Assembly (NCBI GenBank): GCA_964016885.1
Contig: OZ024744.1
Span: forward strand, 82,398,001-82,462,000
Source of the DNA: Eledone cirrhosa
Taxonomy: Eukaryota
Length of the DNA: 64,000 nucleotides
Direction: 5' to 3'
The notes under the pieces are model-generated. The model did not search any database. It was not told the origin of the DNA and saw only the letters and a program-made list of their open reading frames with translations. A program made the position numbers and the translations under genes. How positions within the stretch are numbered: the stretch's first letter is position 1; every line of letters starts with the position of its first letter. Of the stretch, positions 57,348 through 64,000 are shown piece after piece.

Positions 57348-60300
57348 TTACAGACACATACTCAGAGTAGGCCCATTCACTCGGGCCATACTTGCTTCTC
57401 TCATCCATCTTTCAACAAAATGCTGGGAAGAGAGCACTTCCCTCTCTACCCTGATTTTCCTTTTCAAATGAAGTTTAAAAAAGTTAATCAGGGCATCACC
57501 GAAGAGGTAAGTGCTCGTCTTCAGCCCTTTCAAATGTGTCCACCATACTATCCCTTTCGCCATGACCACCAGACAGATAAAAACTGCCTGCCCTTCCCGG
57601 CTAAAGGAAGAGAGCGGGGCAATCCTCACGATGGACTCAGCTGATAGCTGGATCCGTCCTACACGTGACGGCAGGTGTTCGACATAAACCCACAAGTCAG
57701 CAATGCTCGGACACTGGACGAGTGCGTACAGGACGGTTTCGTCGCCCTGCGCGCATCTCGGACATGTCCGACTGACGGCACCTCCATGCCTGTAGAGTTT
57801 ATCCCGAACTGGCAGGAAAGGGATTTCTGGAAGTTGTCCATAGGCCCCAGCCCGAAAGTAATTCCGAAGAGATTGGCTAGTTGATTTTCGTCGACGCCTA
57901 GAGTTTCTCCAAGTACTTCGTCGCTCTTCCCCTCAACTAATCCTCTATAGAACGCCAAGGTGAAGTTTCCACCGATCACATTGCCCGATTGGTCGAGGGC
58001 TGTGAGCGCCTAAAGACATTCCAGTCTCCAAGCGCTCCCTCTCGGTCTTCGCTTGACCCAGGACTGCAGCTCCGTCAAGGAGACGAGCTGGGGAAAGACG
58101 TGTCTAGCAAACTGCGACCACACCTGATCACCGTCGAGGAAGAGGTGGAGATGTCGTAGCCTGAGCGCTTGTCTGCGCATCATCAGCCATGGCATACCCA
58201 GCCCTCAACGTAGCGGGTATTGACAGCAGATGGACCGCCTGACCATCGGAGCGCGTCCCTTCCACAAAAAGCGAAAGAGCAAACGCTCCAGCGCAGTTAG
58301 CCGGGGCTAAGGATAAGGTACGATGGTCAGGCGGTAGTAGATGACGGACGCGATGTACGCGTTAGCCACCTCCGCTCGACCTTTCAGGAATAGCTTCCTC
58401 TCCGCCCATTTCTGGGTGAGAGAAGCCACCCTGATCGTCACCTCGTCCCAGTTTTTGTCCGTCTGGAGGTCCGGACCGAACCAGACCCTTAGCAATTTAA
58501 CCGGTCCGTCCGTCCAGCGCCCGACGACGCTGTTGGACGGCATGGACCTGCCTCTCCAGGTGCCTAGCTGCAGGCCCACTGACTTTTCCTGGTTGATCAT
58601 TGCTCCTGTCACCGCTTCGTATTCTCTTAGTGTAGTGCCGATCGCCTCGATGTGTTTGGCGTTCGACACTACTACGGTGACATCGTCCGCATATGCTGAC
58701 ACGGATCTTCCGCATCCTAGTTCGCGCAGGACCCTCTCAAAGTCTCCAGTTTGTGCATTAATGGCTCGAGAGTCAATACGTACAAGATGGACGAGAGGGG
58801 ACATCCTTGGCGGAACGAGCGCATGTTGTTGAACGGTTCCGAAAGGTGGCCCAAAGCCAGCCGCCCTTAGGACTGCCGCTAGGTAACGATGGTCAACCCT
58901 ATCGAAAGCTTTCTACTGATCTAAATTTATCAAGGACCCACCCGTGCCAGGTTCCCTAGCTACCCTCTCTATGATGTATCGCATGATGTGGAGATTGTCG
59001 TGGATGGATCTGTCGGGAATGGCGCATGTCTGCGCCTCACCCACCAGACCACTACCGACAAGCGCCAACCTCTTTGTTAGCACCTTGGCCAAAATCTTAA
59101 ACTCTGTATTTAGCAGATTTATGGGCCTGAAATTATCTATGTTATCCCCCTTGTTCGTATCATTTCTCAGCAGCGCCACAGGTCCTCGGCTCACAGAGCT
59201 GGGAATTCTCCCGTTTTGTTGCCAGTTGCAATAGACGTCCGCTAAGAGGCCTCCGAGTAGGTCTGGCATCTGTACGTAAAGTTCATAGGGCAGACCATCC
59301 AAACCAGGCGATTTACCCCTTGTGCAGCCAGTCATTGTCTCCGGTACTTCAGCGGCTGTTATCGGCTTTTCGCAACACTCCGCCTCAGTGGGCGAGAGCT
59401 CCGGCTGTCCGTCGAGGTAGACACTAAATTCCTTCCCTCGATCCGGCCCGCCGCTGCTCCCGAACAACTGTGCGAAGTGTCGCTGAAAAGCTTCACACAT
59501 TTGCCGGGGATCGAGTAGCATGCGCCCGTCGTGGTCCACCAAAGACCGGATCGAGGCTTTGTTGCCACGACGCGCCTCCGACACTTGGGCCCATTGAACT
59601 GCTTTCGTCCCCTCGTGTCTGAGAGCACGCACCCTAGCTCTGACAACGCAGCCTTCGTGCTTTGCATTGAAGAATTGGTGAAGGGCCAATTTCGCCGCAA
59701 GCACGTCGGTCGCGATGCCTTTACTAAGCGCCTCGTCTAATTTTCTAACTAGTTCTCCTTCTGCTCTATTTTTCTCTATTGCTAAAGCCTTACTAAACCT
59801 AATGGACTCTATTCTAATCGCTCTTTTCAGAGCAAACCACCACTTGTTGTTGACGATGGCCCCCGTCAACGCCCGCTCAAATAGTTCGCTAATCCGGTCT
59901 CTGCCGTCCTTAAGCGCTGGTAAAGACGCGTTTAGCTTCCAGTAGTCGGGTCCTCGTCTATGAAGCTTATCTAAGTCAACCACACAGATCACGAATTTGT
60001 GGTCCGTGTAGCTGACTATCTTGAATTGTGGACAGCCTATGCTAGACCTATCTATTTCCCGACAAAACACTCTCTGTAGATATGATCTGGATGACTCTAT
60101 GCGATTTGTCCAAGTCCACATTGGCACATTCGGGAAATCCAATCTGTACCTGTCAGACAGTTCAAAACGCCTGAGCAGGTTGGTGAGGCTCTTGGACCCT
60201 CCTCCCTATCCGCTAATCCCACACAGTCCCAGCCTGCATCTAAGATCCCGTTCCAGTCGCCCACTAACACTAAAGAACCAAGAAAGGTCTCCAGACGCCG

Positions 60301-60620
60301 GAAGAAATCAGGCCGTCCTGCTCCTGTCGGGACATAGACGGCCACTAGCCTGAAAGCTCTCTCGTCTCCGCTGGTCACGTCCAGCACCACCAACTTACCC
60401 TCTGGGTCCACGAAGATGGCCTGTATGGCGAGATCCAAAGCTCTCCGAAAAAGTACAGCAACTCCTCCCCTGATCCAGGACGGCTAGGAGATGCGTACAC
60501 ATCGTAGCCGCCGAAGATCGGTGCGAAGGCTCGTGCTTCGGAGATTCTGGTCTCGCTGACGGCCACTACATCTATGTTTGGTGACCTGAGATCGTTGATC
60601 AGGTGGCCTTGCTTCCATGG
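57348..60620 (-). pseudogene. Tx1 ORF2 (APE endonuclease + RT), frameshifted
   Basis: ORF pieces 60375-60566, 60097-60438, 58913-60142, 58307-58804, 57348-58195. Confidence 0.9.
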
Positions 60621-62070
60621 AAAAGATGTGAAAGACCACTTACCTTACTTCTCGTAGAGGAAGGATCGGTTTCTCCATCCTTTTCACTGCTTGTAGCCTC
60701 CTCAGGAAGGATGTCCTTATAAACCCTCCTGGAGAATGCTTGTCGGAAGTCTCCGATGTCTTTGGGGAATTTTTGTTTTAGTGTCATGTACGTTTTCTGT
60801 GTGATGCGAGTGATTTGTATGTGTGGAGGTGGTGTGAACTTTTGGGTTGTTGTGTAGTCTTTTTCTGTGATGCTGGTGTTGTGTTGCATGTAGTGTAATA
60901 ATTGGTTGTTGTTCAAATTTAATGCTGTGTAGTGTGTATCGTTTTGGTTGTTTTGTTTTGTTTGCGTTTGTTGTGGGTCTGTTTCTGTTTCGCTTTTTGG
61001 TGACTTTTGTGATGTTGGTGATGGTGGTGTTGGGGGTAATGATGGTGATGGTGTTGGTGTTTGTGGTTATGGGGTTGGTTATGCTGGTGTGGATGGTGGC
61101 ATATCTGTCCTAACTTTTTTGTTTGATAGTTTATTTGTTTCCCTCTGTATTTTGTTTTTGGAGGGGGAAGGAAGAGAATTTTTTTCTTTTTTGGTTTCTT
61201 TTTTTCTTTTTTCCTGATACCGTTTCCCACTCCTCGTCGTCACAATCTGTCTCCAGTTGTGATAGGCCGGGGAGTGGAAAATCCTCCACAGGCGTTGGTT
61301 TTGGTTGTGGCGTGGTGGATGGTGTAGGCGCTGGTGCTAGTTCTGGCGCGTTGGGTGGTGGTGGTGTTGGTTTTGCTACTGTTGCTGGGGTTGTTGCTGT
61401 TACAGATGCTTCTGTTGTTGCTGCTACAGTTGTTGCTGCCATCTCTGCTGCTGGTGGTGTTGATGGTTGAGTCACTGGGGTGGATAGGAGAGGTGGCCTC
61501 AACTTTTTAGCCTGAGGGCAGAAAGCCCTTAGGTGGGTTCCTTCACCACAAACGATACACCTAGGCCTTCTGCCCTCGACAATTACGGTGAGGTGGCTGC
61601 CGTCAGTGAGGTCTATTACCTCTGGGATCTCCTCAACGCTTTTTTGGTCCGCTTGGATCAGGAGCTCCATCCAAGATCCGGACCAGTTCTCCTGCTTTTC
61701 TTTTGCTATTTCGATTATCTTGGTGTTGTCTTCGATGCCGGCGAGGACGGCAGCTATTAGCCAGGGAATTTCGATGGCCGGTGGAACGTGGGTCACCCTG
61801 ATCTTTACGAGTCTCTGGCCACAATAGCTTGGGACGAGTGTGAAGTCGTCACTTCTTAATGGGACCATGGAGTGTTCTCTAGCCTCCTCTGGTGTTTCAA
61901 AGAACACGTCCACGGTTCCATACTTCTGCCCACGTCTGATGTGGGATTTTTTGCCCACACATGTCCCAAAGCTTTTTGGATTTGGGACTCGGATGCCCGT
62001 CGCACTCGGCGCGATTTTATATTAATTGTTCGATAAGACACGGTGCATAGGCGCCGATGCTCCATTTTAT
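60599..62070 (-). pseudogene. Tx1 ORF1 with CCHC knuckle, frameshifted
   Basis: CIVCGEGTHLRAFC; pieces 61856-62101, 61131-61958, 60599-60916. Confidence 0.85.
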
Positions 62071-62164
62071 TAGATGGGGGTGAGGCTGACCCTGTACCCA
62101 TCTTTCTTTACCAATCCTTTGGCTTCTTCTAATTCCTCCTGAGTTGGGAGGAATTAGAAGAATA

Positions 62165-62462
62165 TGGGGTCGATAAAATAAAGTACCAATCACGCACTGG
62201 CGTCGATTTAATCGACTTCCCCCTCCCCCCAAATTACTGGCCTTGTGCCTATATAAGAAACCATTATCATAGGGCTGTGGATTGGCAGTATCGGTAGAGG
62301 GTCGGACGCCATGCTTTGCAGCACAGTTACGTCCCTTTACGGACTGAGTTCAAATCCCGCCGAAGTTAACTTTGCCTTTCATCCTTACGGGGTCGATAAT
62401 ATAAAGAACCAGTAATGCACTGGATTAATTGCTGGCCTTGTGCCAAAAGTAGAAACAATTAT
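62165..62462 (+). mobile_element. Two tandem family 1 SINEs (3' half, then full copy from 62273)
   Basis: Homology to the 22063 and 8831 copies. Confidence 0.9.
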
Positions 62463-62688
62463 TATATTCATAATTTATATTCTTGAATATATACTTTGAT
62501 TCATGATTTTGTTTGTGTTCAACATTTGTTGGTATTTTGTTGATTTTCTAGCATTTAGTGTTCTTGTTTTGTTTTGTTTTTGTATATATATATTTTGTCC
62601 GTTTCGGCCTCTCATCACGATTTAAGTTCTTAATAATTATATTTCTGTTCTTTGCATTTTAGTTTGTTATTTTCATTCTTGTTATGTA

Positions 62689-62963
62689 AGGGTAAAGGGT
62701 AAAGACCTCCTTCGGTCACGAATGATTATGTGATTTGCACCTAGAAAGTTCCCCTCCGAGGTAACAGTCTGATCAATGTTGTTTGTGGAAGATCAGCAGT
62801 CACCCTTGTATATCAGTGTCCCATCTCCACATCACCGATGTTGTCCAAGGGAAAGGCAAAGGTTGATACAGCTTGGCACCAGTGACGTCACAACTTATTT
62901 TTATAGTTGAGTAAACTGGAGCAACGTGAAATAAAGAGTCTTGCTCAAGAACACACGGTTCTG
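62689..62963 (-). mobile_element. SINE (family 3-related), 5'-truncated
   Basis: 13-bp TSD TTCTTGTTATGTA at 62676-62688 and 62964-62976; TTTACCC-repeat tail. Confidence 0.8.
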
Positions 62964-63466
62964 TTCTTGTTATGTATTCTTCAACTCTAAAAGAACAAAA
63001 AGTCTCTATCCGACATTTCCTGCATATCTGTTTCGGATTAAAAGTTTCTTTTAGATGAGGGTTATTTTCTCTCTAAACTTCATACGATAGTGTTGTCGTT
63101 GTTTCATTTTCCGAAAAACTTGCATACATTACTCGTATAGAAACATAATTATCTCCTGTCTATTTGTGCGGCTTCGTTTATATTTGTAAGAATTACGTCC
63201 CTTTATTTGGTTGTCAACATTTTAGATAAGCATCAGTATATTTGTTTCTGTCAATTAAGAGTTTTGCACGTTCAATTTTTTAACGTATATTCTATATCGC
63301 AGATTCAAAGTAGGCATTTACCTCTTAACCTTGGGATAAATAAAAACGTCCTCTTTTTCTTTTTCATTTGCAATGATTGTCATTTTTGTGTTGAGGAACT
63401 GAATTGCTCTCATGCTGATATCACCTATGTTCCTTTAGTTTGCTTACAAATGGTATCCGATGGCCG

Positions 63467-63705
63467 ACCACCACCAACCGCAATCTCCGCCACCAAGACC
63501 ACCACCGCCACCACCACCACTCCTACCACCACCTCCACTACTACCACTACCACCACTACTACCGCCACCACCACCACCTTCACCACCACCACCTACATCA
63601 TCACCACTATCACCACGACCACCACCAACATTTCACCATTAACGCCAACACCACCAGCAATAAGAAAAACAATAACCATTACTGCTGCTGCTACTGCTGC
63701 TGCTG

Positions 63706-63766
<61 letters not shown>

Positions 63767-63770
63767 GACT
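63467..63770. repeat. (CCA)n/(CTG)n/(CTA)n trinucleotide tracts
   Basis: Direct reading. Confidence 0.9.
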
Positions 63771-64000
63771 AAAGGGCGTTTATGTACATATATTCATTGT
63801 ATAAAGAATACATATTTACATGTACATATATTCTTTCTACAAACATATTTGTAGATTGAAAACATCCAGCTATTGATTCAAAGAGGAAAAAAAGAAAAGA
63901 AAAAGAAATAAAGAAAAGTTTAATATGTTCGAACGTGTTCAATGACTGTTGCTAATGATGCAGCAAAAATGGATAATTTCGATATTCTTTTCGTTCTTGG

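Larger units (their letters stand above)
57094..62100 (-). mobile_element. Tx1/L1-clade LINE copy 2 (ORF1 + APE-RT ORF2), degenerate
   Basis: ORF1 knuckle; APE motifs VAVSETR, GDWN, TDH, YWKLN; RT motifs SPGLDGL, FRPI.LLN, YADD. May extend further 5'. Confidence 0.92.

Noticed and set aside
63200-63440. Possible minus-strand exon (AG...GTAAAT)
   Set aside because: No polypyrimidine tract and no recognisable protein

Overview
Eukaryotic, AT-rich, repeat-saturated DNA with no recognisable host gene. The SINE types, dense (TA)n/(CA)n/(CATA)n tracts and LINE mix suggest a coleoid cephalopod such as Octopus (inference from memory, not searched). Contents: an ~8 kb CCA-based minisatellite; two Tx1/L1-clade LINE copies in opposite orientation; two R4/Dong-type restriction-like-endonuclease (RLE) LINE families, one as four copies in (CATA)n and one nearly intact; a decayed full-length Penelope-like element (PLE) plus many PLE fragments and fold-back palindromes with hammerhead ribozyme motifs; hAT non-autonomous elements with 8-bp target-site duplications (TSDs); RTE 3' fragments; and more than 15 tRNA-derived SINEs. 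Most listed ORFs are simple-repeat artefacts. Best leads: (1) the Tx1 copies carry divergent ORF1 modules ending at the same motif but joined to near-identical ORF2 at different points; (2) the dominant SINE shares its 3' end and ATTAT target with that Tx1; (3) a (CATA)n-associated R4 family; (4) palindromes whose geometry tracks hammerhead structure. Alignments and identities were judged by eye and boundaries are approximate.
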